The position numbers and the translations under genes were made by a program. DNA of 64,000 nt, taken from Candidatus Poribacteria bacterium (GTDB lineage: Bacteria; Poribacteria; WGA-4E; WGA-3G). The notes beneath the pieces are model-generated. The model was not told the DNA's origin. It saw only the letters and a list, made by a program, of their open reading frames with translations, and did no database searches. The stretch's first letter is position 1. Every line of letters begins with the position of its first letter. This document shows positions 37,787 through 46,495 of the stretch, piece by piece. The stretch covers positions 17,315-81,314 of the forward strand of contig CBDBFU010000001.1 in NCBI GenBank assembly GCA_965205025.1. The letters run 5' to 3'.

Positions 37787-40780
37787 TTAATAATGTGAAT
37801 GGTCTGCAAGTTTAGTAATTTGCAAACCACTGTTTTCTGTGCCGACATAAAGTGTACCATTTAAGACAGCGATAGAAGTCGCATCGTCTGGAATTTCTGG
37901 TGTTCTCCGTTCCCATGTGTCATATTCACTTGTAAATTGATAGACCCCGCCGTGTTTATTTTTAGAAGAACTTACAGCATATAAAACCGTTCCATCCATC
38001 ACAAAACGATCAAATACGAGTTGTTGTCCACTTGAATTGGTGATGATGTTCCATTTAATCCCATCATTTGAATATAAAGCTTCTTTGTCAGTTGCTATCC
38101 AAACAACTTCGTCAGTGATATGTATCTGCTTAAAAGCTTCAACAGAAATCGGTAAAGAAACTATTTCCCAGTTTTTACCGCTATCAACGGAATGTAGCAG
38201 TACACCATCCGGAATACCTACGTAGACAGTATCACCAGAAACGCCTAACGTAAACGAAGTAAGAGGGTCCATTATTGCGAAGTTACGAGTATCCTCGATT
38301 TTAGTGTCATACCAACTTGCGTCGTTATTGACTTGTGATGAAGCGTGCCAAATTAGAAGTCTCCGTCTGTGCTCAACATAGAATCTGTTCTCACTAATAG
38401 CAAATGCTCCTAAAAAAACTCTGTTCATAATTCCTGATAGCATATTTTTCTCACCAAGGGTAGGCACATTTTGTATCGGGATAAGTACTTGATTGTACTT
38501 GTCTAAACGGAAAAAATGTATTTGTAAGTCTATAAATCCTTTTCCATAGAGAACTCCATCTGCTTTTATTATTTGCCGGATATCTGTTAATTGTTGTATT
38601 TTTTCATAAGTCAAGGGGATTTCCTTGGTAAAGAAGGTCGTATTCATATCATCTGCATTTACTGGAATTGTTTCCCAAGATTGTCCACCATCGGTTGATG
38701 TAATAAGTTTCTCATTTGCAATTGCATAGAGCTTATTATTAAAGGCAGTTAGATTTTCTATTTTGCCACCTAATCCGTAGTTAAAATGTTTCCACGATGA
38801 GCCTGCATCGGTTGACCGATGAATTCCTTTATCATTCCCTACGTAGTATTGATATTTGACATTTGTAGATTGCTGTTGAGTAGAAGTATTATTGTTACTT
38901 TGCACTTTTAAAACAGCAACGGGACTTTGACCAAACGACTTCCCTATTGGTGTTGCTTTATCCACAGATACCCAAGTATTACCTTCATCATTTGATCGTA
39001 AAGTGTGCTGTCCTATTAATATAACCGTTTTTTCAGCAGCAACAATCGTGAGTTTTGCGGTCCCCTGATTTCTATCAAAACCGTCTTTTGGTGTTATGTC
39101 TGTCCACGATTCGCCATAATCTGTTGACCTGAACACTGCCCACAATGGTTGTTTACCAAGCACAGCTTTGAACGAACCTATGAGTCTTATATCAGATGAA
39201 ATTCCGAGGAGTCCTGCAAGAAGATAAAGACGGTGGTCTGAAACTTTTATGGCATGAATAGACAGAGATTCCGCTACTGGTAATTGTTTCCACACATCTG
39301 ATTTATCGCTCCCATTTGCTAAACTTGGTTCCAGAATTAAGCGAAAAAGACCTCTATCGGTACCAGCAAATAATGTGTTTTCAATGGATGTGATTACATA
39401 GACTTTTCTTAATGCTAAACCTTTATTTAAAGGTGTCCAAGACGATCCTGCATCATCAGAGAAGAAGATCCCTCGTAGTAGTCCGATATATATATCAATA
39501 GAGCCTTCAGCATTATCCTTTACAATCAAACCTCTAACCTCTCCTTTCGGATGGGAACAGAGAGATTTCCAAGTTTTACCTTTGTCTTCCGATGTGAGTA
39601 TTGCCTCATCAGTTGGAATGTAAAGAATGCCATTGTGTTCTACTATCGACGTTGAAATATCTGAAGTAGGGAGTTTATTATTAACTAAATTCCATTTTTC
39701 GTTATTATCTGCCATTCGATAAAGTCCTATTGGCGTCATGGCATAAATATCGTTTGTCTTAGTTGAAGATAGTGTGGATACTTTTACTGCTTCCGGACTA
39801 TCACGTTGAGTCCACTGTTGTGTTAATAGTGGTGTCTCTATTGTAGGTGTTTGGTCTCCCTCGGTAAGATCTGTCTCCTTAGGTGTATCCAATTTATCTA
39901 CAGTACCCCGACTTCTACTGGGAGTATCTGTGTTCCCGGTTTGATTGTGAGGATCAGATTTGATTTTACGTGTAAGATTAATTGGTGCCTCAATGATCTC
40001 AACCATTAACTCTGAATCGGAGTTAATATCATAAGGTTGGGAAAAGGTAGATAAGAATTGTATTCCAAATCCGATCAACAAAAGAACTAAAATGGCAGAG
40101 GTGGTAGAAACAACCCACGGTAGAAATGGCTTATTGCTTGAAGGGGTTGCAGGATTGATTTTTGAGATTTCCTTCGTTATGTTCTCTACCAAATTGGTGC
40201 TGGGTATTAGACTACTGAAGTGTTCTTGAATTATCGCTTCCTCTTTCTTCAGACGATTACGCGCTCGATTAAGTCGACTTTTTACCGTATTCAATGACAC
40301 ACCGAGCATTTTGCTAATTGACTCACAGGTCATTTCTCCAAGGTAATGGAGCGTCATAACTGTGCGTTCACTTTCCGGTAGTTTTTTGAGCAGCTTTTCT
40401 ACAATTTCGCGTAAGGTTTCAGTTGTCTCTGTGTCTCGTTTGTCTATCATGTATCGTGTATGAGATACTTGATCAATCTCTGAGATATCAGTATTTTCTA
40501 AAGATTGTATTGGTAGATGTTTCTTTCGGTGCCATTCAGTACATAGGTGTGATGCGATAACATATATCCATCCTGGGAATAAGCTATGATCTTTTAAGGT
40601 TCTTAGCCTTTTATATGCCCGTAGAAAAGTATCTTGTGTGATTTCTTCAGCGATATGAAAATCCCCAATTTTACGCCACACAAGCGCGTGAATTCCTTTA
40701 TGGTATTTTTCAACGAGTTTGGTAAATGCTGTTTGATCGCCGTCTAATGTGTATTGAATTAATTCAGAATCATTATTCAC
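37787..40780 (-). CDS. ECF sigma factor fused to a TM helix and an extracytoplasmic Asp-box beta-propeller
   Basis: AEEITQDTFL (sigma2), TVKSRLNRAR (sigma4), TM, and SxDxGxxW repeats. Probable start is GTG 40780 (GGAG RBS; matches paralog N-termini). Confidence 0.9.
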   Translation of the reverse strand: MNNDSELIQYTLDGDQTAFTKLVEKYHKGIHALVWRKIGDFHIAEEITQDTFLRAYKRLRTLKDHSLFPGWIYVIASHLCTEWHRKKHLPIQSLENTDISEIDQVSHTRYMIDKRDTETTETLREIVEKLLKKLPESERTVMTLHYLGEMTCESISKMLGVSLNTVKSRLNRARNRLKKEEAIIQEHFSSLIPSTNLVENITKEISKINPATPSSNKPFLPWVVSTTSAILVLLLIGFGIQFLSTFSQPYDINSDSELMVEIIEAPINLTRKIKSDPHNQTGNTDTPSRSRGTVDKLDTPKETDLTEGDQTPTIETPLLTQQWTQRDSPEAVKVSTLSSTKTNDIYAMTPIGLYRMADNNEKWNLVNNKLPTSDISTSIVEHNGILYIPTDEAILTSEDKGKTWKSLCSHPKGEVRGLIVKDNAEGSIDIYIGLLRGIFFSDDAGSSWTPLNKGLALRKVYVITSIENTLFAGTDRGLFRLILEPSLANGSDKSDVWKQLPVAESLSIHAIKVSDHRLYLLAGLLGISSDIRLIGSFKAVLGKQPLWAVFRSTDYGESWTDITPKDGFDRNQGTAKLTIVAAEKTVILIGQHTLRSNDEGNTWVSVDKATPIGKSFGQSPVAVLKVQSNNNTSTQQQSTNVKYQYYVGNDKGIHRSTDAGSSWKHFNYGLGGKIENLTAFNNKLYAIANEKLITSTDGGQSWETIPVNADDMNTTFFTKEIPLTYEKIQQLTDIRQIIKADGVLYGKGFIDLQIHFFRLDKYNQVLIPIQNVPTLGEKNMLSGIMNRVFLGAFAISENRFYVEHRRRLLIWHASSQVNNDASWYDTKIEDTRNFAIMDPLTSFTLGVSGDTVYVGIPDGVLLHSVDSGKNWEIVSLPISVEAFKQIHITDEVVWIATDKEALYSNDGIKWNIITNSSGQQLVFDRFVMDGTVLYAVSSSKNKHGGVYQFTSEYDTWERRTPEIPDDATSIAVLNGTLYVGTENSGLQITKLADHSHY

Positions 40781-40816
40781 CTTAATTCTCCGTAGTATCC
40801 TAACCACTTAATTTAA

Positions 40817-40845
40817 GTGACGAGTTTTGAATTAAAAAAGGTTGC
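40817..40845 (-). promoter_or_regulatory. ECF-type promoter
   Basis: GCAACC-N17-CGTCAC directly upstream of the ECF gene. Confidence 0.65.
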
Positions 40846-40925
40846 ATTATTTTCAAGTTGTAAATTATAACGTGAATTCGGTATAAGGAATTTTACCTTT
40901 CGACGTTGTATTCTTTTCTGTCAAA

Positions 40926-41107
40926 ATCACGGTTTACACGGATTACACTGATAAGAGGTATTGTCTATCAGAATGCACTTTAGCAGGCTGGAATAGGTTT
41001 GTACGGGAGGGTTGTTGACAGTAAACTAACAGTTTGCTGTACAAAGAGGTGGTTTTTCTGAATCACGGATTGCATTGATAAAAGGTCGTGCCTAATAGAA
41101 TTCACTT
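40926..41107. repeat. Pair of degenerate short repeats
   Basis: CACGGATT.CA.TGATAA.AGGT...AGAAT.CACTT occurs at about 40937 and 41064. Confidence 0.55.
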
Positions 41108-41154
41108 GTGGAGATTAGGTGAATCCGTATTTCCGTATGTTGCTTAGTCTTTGT

Positions 41155-41664
41155 CTATCTATATAACTTTGAAAGTATATATGCACCTGTTGGTGCCCCG
41201 ACCAGACATCCACCAAGTGCCCAATTAAACTGTATTTTTCTTGTTTTGACTTTGTAGGCATCAAAGTAAAATGCCACATATTCAGGGGATTTACCGAGAA
41301 CCCGGCCAGTAGGCGTAAAGGGTTGGTACCGTTGGGAAAGAATAGGACCAATCACAGGGAAAAAACATCCTGTACTAAACCAGAAAGTTCTATTGAGATG
41401 TGCAACGGCATCTTTTTCACCGTCACTTATGGCTTGTTCTGCAACGGACTTTAGTTCTTCTATATCCTTCGGTGATTCCTCAACTTCAACGATTTTATAC
41501 TGTTTCGTTTCTATAACATGGTACTTTTTCTTAGCTCCATCCACATCTATTGTAACCTCATCATTGCCTTTACTAAGACTGTACATAGGTAGACTAAGAA
41601 TTAAGACAGTTATAAGGAATCCAGATAATTTGAAATGATAATTTATTTTCATTATCTTCTCCAT
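41155..41664 (-). CDS. Hypothetical exported/membrane protein
   Basis: Signal peptide plus two hydrophobic segments; follows the upstream lipoprotein. Confidence 0.7.
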   Translation of the reverse strand: MEKIMKINYHFKLSGFLITVLILSLPMYSLSKGNDEVTIDVDGAKKKYHVIETKQYKIVEVEESPKDIEELKSVAEQAISDGEKDAVAHLNRTFWFSTGCFFPVIGPILSQRYQPFTPTGRVLGKSPEYVAFYFDAYKVKTRKIQFNWALGGCLVGAPTGAYILSKLYR

Positions 41665-41698
41665 TTAGATACATGTAAGGTATTGGGGCAAGAGCCAA

Positions 41699-42409
41699 TT
41701 AATTCCTTTTCTGATAAACATGAGCTGTAGAAGTGTCGGATGAATAAATGACTAACAATTCTCCGTCCCATGTATAAGTACTGACTATAGGTTCAGTCTT
41801 ATCTTCGTTAAACCAATAGATGGTGCCTTTTCTTTCATCGTAGGGTTCAATCAATTTATATGCCCCGAAGAAAAATTCGCTATCAGTTTTGAATTCTCTG
41901 GTAAAAGTTGTTGTCGTTAACCGCATGGATCCAAATGCTTCGGTAGTCTCACCATCTGTAATTGTTCGGATAAGTTCATATACACCACTTAAGGTATCAG
42001 CGACTCTGTATGATTTTGAGAAAACAGTGATGGAAGCGGATTTAGAGACAGCCTCTTCACCGTCATCCCGTACAGATACATGAACGTTAACAATTTGATC
42101 AGGTGCGTTTTCTGTTTTGGGTAACTCAGGCGCTGTCCACTCTACCTCTGCCGCCTCTCCAACTAATGTACCGGCAGAGACTTCCCATGTGTAGGTTAAA
42201 TCATCGTTTTCGGGGTCAGAAACACCGACTTTAAGCGCAACACTTTCACCGTATCGGACCTCTTTCGGAACAGTAAAAGTATTTATTTCAGGTGGGTCGT
42301 TTGTCCAACTTTCGTATTCCTCACAACTACAGATTATTAGCAATTGACAGCCTAAGATGAGGAAGAGCAATAACCAACCAGTGTAATAATTTAGGTTTAA
42401 AATTCTCAC
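41699..42409 (-). CDS. Lipoprotein with Ig-like (PKD-type) domain
   Basis: ICSC lipobox; NDPPEI...VSDPENDDLTYTW...WTAP...VRDD. Confidence 0.75.
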   Translation of the reverse strand: MRILNLNYYTGWLLLFLILGCQLLIICSCEEYESWTNDPPEINTFTVPKEVRYGESVALKVGVSDPENDDLTYTWEVSAGTLVGEAAEVEWTAPELPKTENAPDQIVNVHVSVRDDGEEAVSKSASITVFSKSYRVADTLSGVYELIRTITDGETTEAFGSMRLTTTTFTREFKTDSEFFFGAYKLIEPYDERKGTIYWFNEDKTEPIVSTYTWDGELLVIYSSDTSTAHVYQKRN

Positions 42410-42742
42410 AACATTCCCCTTTATACCTATGTAACACCATTTCTATAGAAGTTTATCCCATAAACAGTTGTTATGCATGTCCCTGAAATATCGCACAAAC
42501 TGGAAGTTTATGCTACAGTAAATAAAGAAAAATTATTAGAAATAGTATAAGGTTAATATATAATCCAGATTTTGGTATAGAGATTTCCTTCTGTATATTG
42601 AAATTATAAAATTTACCCCAAAAAGTTCAAGAAATTATAACATTTTATGTGTTTAAGAGACAACTATTTTTGCCTCATAGATATGAAATTATCAACCTTA
42701 TCTAATACCATTTCTCATAGTTTAGTTTACAGTTTTTAGTTA

Positions 42743-42880
42743 TTTCAGAGTAATAGTGTAATTTTCAGAGTAAATGCTCATAGGTGATGTTTTATATTTT
42801 CTATAAAATCAGTTATAGTCTGGATTCCTCTGTGTTTTCTAAAATTACGATTTCTATAATTTACTCTGAATACTCTGAAA
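42743..42880. repeat. Inverted-repeat module: TTTCAGAGTA x2 / core / TACTCTGAA x2
   Basis: Copies at 42743 and 42763 (forward) and at 42862 and 42871 (reverse), placed symmetrically around AATCAG-TTATAGT-CTGGATT. Confidence 0.75.
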
Positions 42881-42892
42881 CTTGTAATTATT

Positions 42893-43235
42893 CATGACTT
42901 ACGCAAATTGGGAAAAGTACAAATTGGACTTAAAAAGCCATTATTTCAATTTAAACCCTCTGTCAGAGCACTCCTAAGAACAAAGGTTTAATTGGTTTTC
43001 TATAAACATTCCGTCCCTACGGGACTCAATTAAGGGGTTTACACGTTTTCTATAAACATTCCGTCCCTACGGGACTCAATAATCTGTCACCTTAGATAAT
43101 TGGTAGAGATCGAAGATGTCCAACGGGTGTACAGACCTTGCCACTACGATGCATGCGGGAACAGAAAATTATTAGACTACCTTCAACAAGACATACATTC
43201 TTATTTCTCCATATTACAATATTGCGTAAGTCCTG
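42893..43235. mobile_element. MITE with terminal inverted repeats and a 5-bp target-site duplication
   Basis: CATGACTTACGCAA ... TTGCGTAAGTCCTG flanked by TTATT on both sides; no ORF. Confidence 0.75.
42995..43080. repeat. Two identical 36-bp hairpin repeats inside the MITE
   Basis: GTTTTCTATAAACATTCCGTCCCTACGGGACTCAAT x2, 14 nt apart. Confidence 0.85.
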
Positions 43236-43404
43236 TTATTATGTCATTCCAACGAGTGTATAGTTTATAGTTCATGTCTCATAAATCATTATATGAGAGT
43301 GTTTTGTCCCTTGCCTTGTATTATTTATTGAAACAATGATTATTCTGTAAATTTACTCCTATTTACTCATTCACATCAGTAATGTGTTTGTTGTTGAAAA
43401 GTTT

Positions 43405-43540
43405 AAAAAGTTACACTTTTTGTCACATAGTGTAACATTTGTAAAACCTTTATCCCGTCAGTCCTATAGTGGATTGACAGTCACTTTTTTAAGGTTAAGA
43501 GAATTTGCACCAATTATAAAAGTGGGGTGAATTTTGTGTC
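43405..43540. repeat. GTTACAC/TGTAAC module, copy 1
   Basis: AAAAAGTTACACTTTT.GT.ACAT..TGTAACATT is shared with the copy at 44062; central GTCAGTCC/GGATTGAC hairpin. Confidence 0.7.
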
Positions 43541-43637
43541 TTTTATTTTACTCCTAATACATTGATTTGGGATTGTTTGAATGAGAAATATCTTATCCGT
43601 CCATTTTGACATGATCGATCTGACTTTCCTGAATTCT

Positions 43638-43952
43638 ATTTCACAACACAATTTTTCAAAGACATAATTATTACCGCTCTAAAGTTAGATGTAGTAAGGG
43701 TTTAGGGCATTTAGTATAATTTTCATTATTTTTTTTTATTTTTTTTACAGAATTTTTAGTTTTTCAAATTTTGTAAGACAAATCCTGTGCTGGTATAGGT
43801 TTTGACGGGGTCATAATTTCTGAGATCATTCACAACTTGTTGTGAATGTTGTGAATGTTGTGTAAAGGAATTATCCTGCTATAAAGTGTGATAATCCTCT
43901 GTATCTGGTTTTTTAGACTAAGATTATATATGTTTTGAGATCGATTCACAAA
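43638..43952. repeat. TTCACAAC/GTTGTGAA iteron-like cluster
   Basis: TTCACAAC at about 43640 and 43829; (T)GTTGTGAA x2 plus TGTTGTGTA in tandem at 43838-43864; TGAGATC(G)ATTCACAA duplicated at 43821 and 43936. Confidence 0.7.
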
Positions 43953-44061
43953 AGTTTGTAATTCTGAATGTTTTCGTCGTAATTCTAACATGAGTTATCC
44001 TATTTGCCAGAGCGTGATTTTAGTTGAATTTAGCATAAAGTTCAGAAGCATGAATAATTGA

Positions 44062-44195
44062 AAAAAGTTACACTTTTCGTTACATCATGTAACATTGAAA
44101 TTGGTGTGAATTATCCCTGTAACTCCTGTTGTAGACTGGCTTCATAGTGATTTTATATCAAATTATAAAAAAATCTAAAAAGTGTGATTTTGTGT
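44062..44195. repeat. GTTACAC/TGTAAC module, copy 2
   Basis: Left arm matches 43405; the right arm AAAAAGTGTGATTTT is an imperfect inverse of it. Confidence 0.7.
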
Positions 44196-44390
44196 TTTTG
44201 TTTTCCATTCTTTTTAGGATCTCTTTTCCATATAGGTTTATAGCCATTTTACTATTTTTGCCATTTTTTAAAGATAAATACATGAGATTCTCATTTTCTG
44301 GAGATAATATTGAAGTATAAATTCTGACAGACCTATGAATAAATAAATCTCGGAACTTCCGAGTTATGTGTTAGTTTGGTATACAATTAT

Positions 44391-44512
44391 TGAACGATAT
44401 AGTATTGTATCATTTCATTTTCATTTTGACAAGTATTTTTAATTTATTTTATGTTTTTGTGATATATGTATGTTAGTTGTTAGATGTTTAAGTTTTCTTC
44501 AATTTATTTTAA
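44391..44512. repeat. AT-rich ~120-bp dispersed repeat, copy 2
   Basis: Matches 35509..35628. Confidence 0.7.
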
Positions 44513-44928
44513 AATTCTTCAATTAGGCACACCCTTCTCTTAAATAGAGCTAAATTATATACATGGAAGTCATATCGGCTAAAGCAAAATGATATGGTCA
44601 ATTAGTTCTATGGGACAGTCCAAACTACTACACGGATGTTATTCTTCCAAAGGATTAATCAAACAAGACCATTTCCACATCCCAATAGGTCGATATCCCG
44701 ATAAATGCCATAAGCTATTCTTGATGATTCCCACGGTGTATCCCCTACGAATACCTGTTGAATACTCATATCGCATTCATACCGTTGATTGACGGATATG
44801 GGTTAATTCACCGTATCGATACATAATATTGCTTATACCGAATCCATGATAAAAAATAATCATAAAAAGATGCAACCAATCTTAAACTCATTTGTATTAC
44901 TATTATCCATGGCGCGTGGAGTTGTGAA

Positions 44929-45027
44929 ATGACTGAAGAGGAATTCCTTGAATTAGTCCGTAAACATCAAGATCAAGTATATCGACATACGCTATATCTT
45001 CATGAAAAAAAACTAAAGAATTCTTGA
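44929..45027 (+). pseudogene. Truncated ECF sigma factor N-terminus
   Basis: MTEEEFLELVRKHQDQVYRHTLYL then stop; GGAG RBS; upstream TGCAACC ECF-like -35 at 44871. Confidence 0.5.
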
Positions 45028-45088
45028 TAAATCATATATTATAAGTAAGGTGTAAACGCTTTCTCAACTTTTTTATGGGAGATAAACG

Positions 45089-45739
45089 ATGACAGAACTA
45101 AGAACCCCTCATAACAGAGGCAAATGTCCATTCTATGTTACCCCACATAATCCGCTTTCAGCGGAATCGTCCATAGATCAATGCGTGAATTGTGCTATAG
45201 GTAGTAAATCACAATTAGAAAGTCATGTAGAAGGTTTGCGTCAGATTGCGTTATTGACCATATTGGAAGAAACCCCGAAATATGACCCGGATCATCCGAG
45301 TGGGGCGAGTTATATAACCTTTATCAAATCTCGTGTATGCACTCGGCTTTGGTCGGAACGGAAAAAAGTGTTGCGCGAGATCCCTTTTACGCATCAAGAG
45401 AAAAATGATAATGTTGATAGTGAGTCGAATCCGTTGACTGATAACTTACAAGCACAAGCGTGTGAGATCAAAAATGTGGCGGATACCGTGATACAACAAA
45501 TAGAAGTCGAAACCTTAAAAAATTACTTGCCGAAACTTTTGAATAAACTGACACAAAAGGAACGAAGCGTCATTGAGATGAAGTTTTTCAAAGAGTTCAG
45601 TGGTGTAGAGATTGCTGACATATTGGAAGTTTCAGAGGGGCGCGTCAGTCAGATTACCCAATCCGCATTGGCGAAACTTGGCAAAGCATATTTGGGTACG
45701 CTTGAAAAAGTTAAGCACAATCCGTATAGGGATACCTAA
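45089..45739 (+). CDS. Sigma-70 family factor (FliA/WhiG-like regions 2 and 4) with a Cys/His-rich N-terminus
   Basis: YDP...GASYITF (region 2) and LTQKERSVI...EIADILEVSEGRVSQI...ALAKL (region 4). Confidence 0.85.
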   Translation: MTELRTPHNRGKCPFYVTPHNPLSAESSIDQCVNCAIGSKSQLESHVEGLRQIALLTILEETPKYDPDHPSGASYITFIKSRVCTRLWSERKKVLREIPFTHQEKNDNVDSESNPLTDNLQAQACEIKNVADTVIQQIEVETLKNYLPKLLNKLTQKERSVIEMKFFKEFSGVEIADILEVSEGRVSQITQSALAKLGKAYLGTLEKVKHNPYRDT

Positions 45740-45815
45740 AGTTATTTAGCACAAGTCGTTATAATAACTCAAGTTGGGTAATCTGTGTTCATATTAGGCA
45801 TATCAGGAGAAGTTC

Positions 45816-46466
45816 ATGAAAATAAATGTTTTTTTCAGTTTTACTGTCCTTGTCTTTCTGTTTTCGTTACATTTTCTTATCGGTTGTGGTGAAGATGAAC
45901 GTCATATGGCGTTCCCGAATCTCGATCTACCTGACAGTGTTACTGTCACGGTAGAGGCACCCACAGGTGCAGCATTTGATCTTGCTGTTTCCAGCGACTA
46001 CAGAGAAGAAAAGGATGAAATCGGGAACAAATTGATCGTTCACAATACCGAACAGAAGTACTCCTTTACAGAAAAATTCAGCCAAACATTTCCGTTGGTA
46101 GATTCAGGGACATTTCCGTTAGTCGACCCTGATGAACGATACTTTTCTGTGAAACTCAAATGCACTGCCCTTGAATCTGGAAGCGATGGTGACACTGGCT
46201 CGATCCATCTAATTATCAAGTTCACCGGTGAAGGAAATTTTGATGAAGGAAATCGTGATAAAACATATTCCACGCAGCATATATCACCTGAATCAATAGA
46301 AGAGGTTTTGTCTGAGAATCCGGAAAATATAGATGATCTACCTGGTTTCTTTGAAGTTGGTAGATTAATAAACGTCCAAACTATTTTTAGTAGGTACAAC
46401 GGCATAGAAAAGAGTGAATCATCGAGGAACGTAGATGATGAAACATCTGGGAACGTAGATGAATAA
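45816..46466 (+). CDS. Acidic lipoprotein of unknown function
   Basis: LIGC lipobox; internal TFPLVD duplication; AGGAG RBS. Confidence 0.75.
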   Translation: MKINVFFSFTVLVFLFSLHFLIGCGEDERHMAFPNLDLPDSVTVTVEAPTGAAFDLAVSSDYREEKDEIGNKLIVHNTEQKYSFTEKFSQTFPLVDSGTFPLVDPDERYFSVKLKCTALESGSDGDTGSIHLIIKFTGEGNFDEGNRDKTYSTQHISPESIEEVLSENPENIDDLPGFFEVGRLINVQTIFSRYNGIEKSESSRNVDDETSGNVDE

Positions 46467-46495
46467 TTTAATCCTAATTTGCGAGGAATTATCAT

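Noticed and set aside
42995-43080. 36-bp GTTTT-initial direct repeats resembling a type II CRISPR array
   Set aside because: Only two copies with a 14-nt gap, no cas genes nearby, and they lie inside a MITE; better explained as REP-like hairpins.
44589-44792. 67-aa plus-strand ORF in the long intergenic region
   Set aside because: No RBS or motif; it overlaps a dispersed repeat and a possible opposite-strand remnant.
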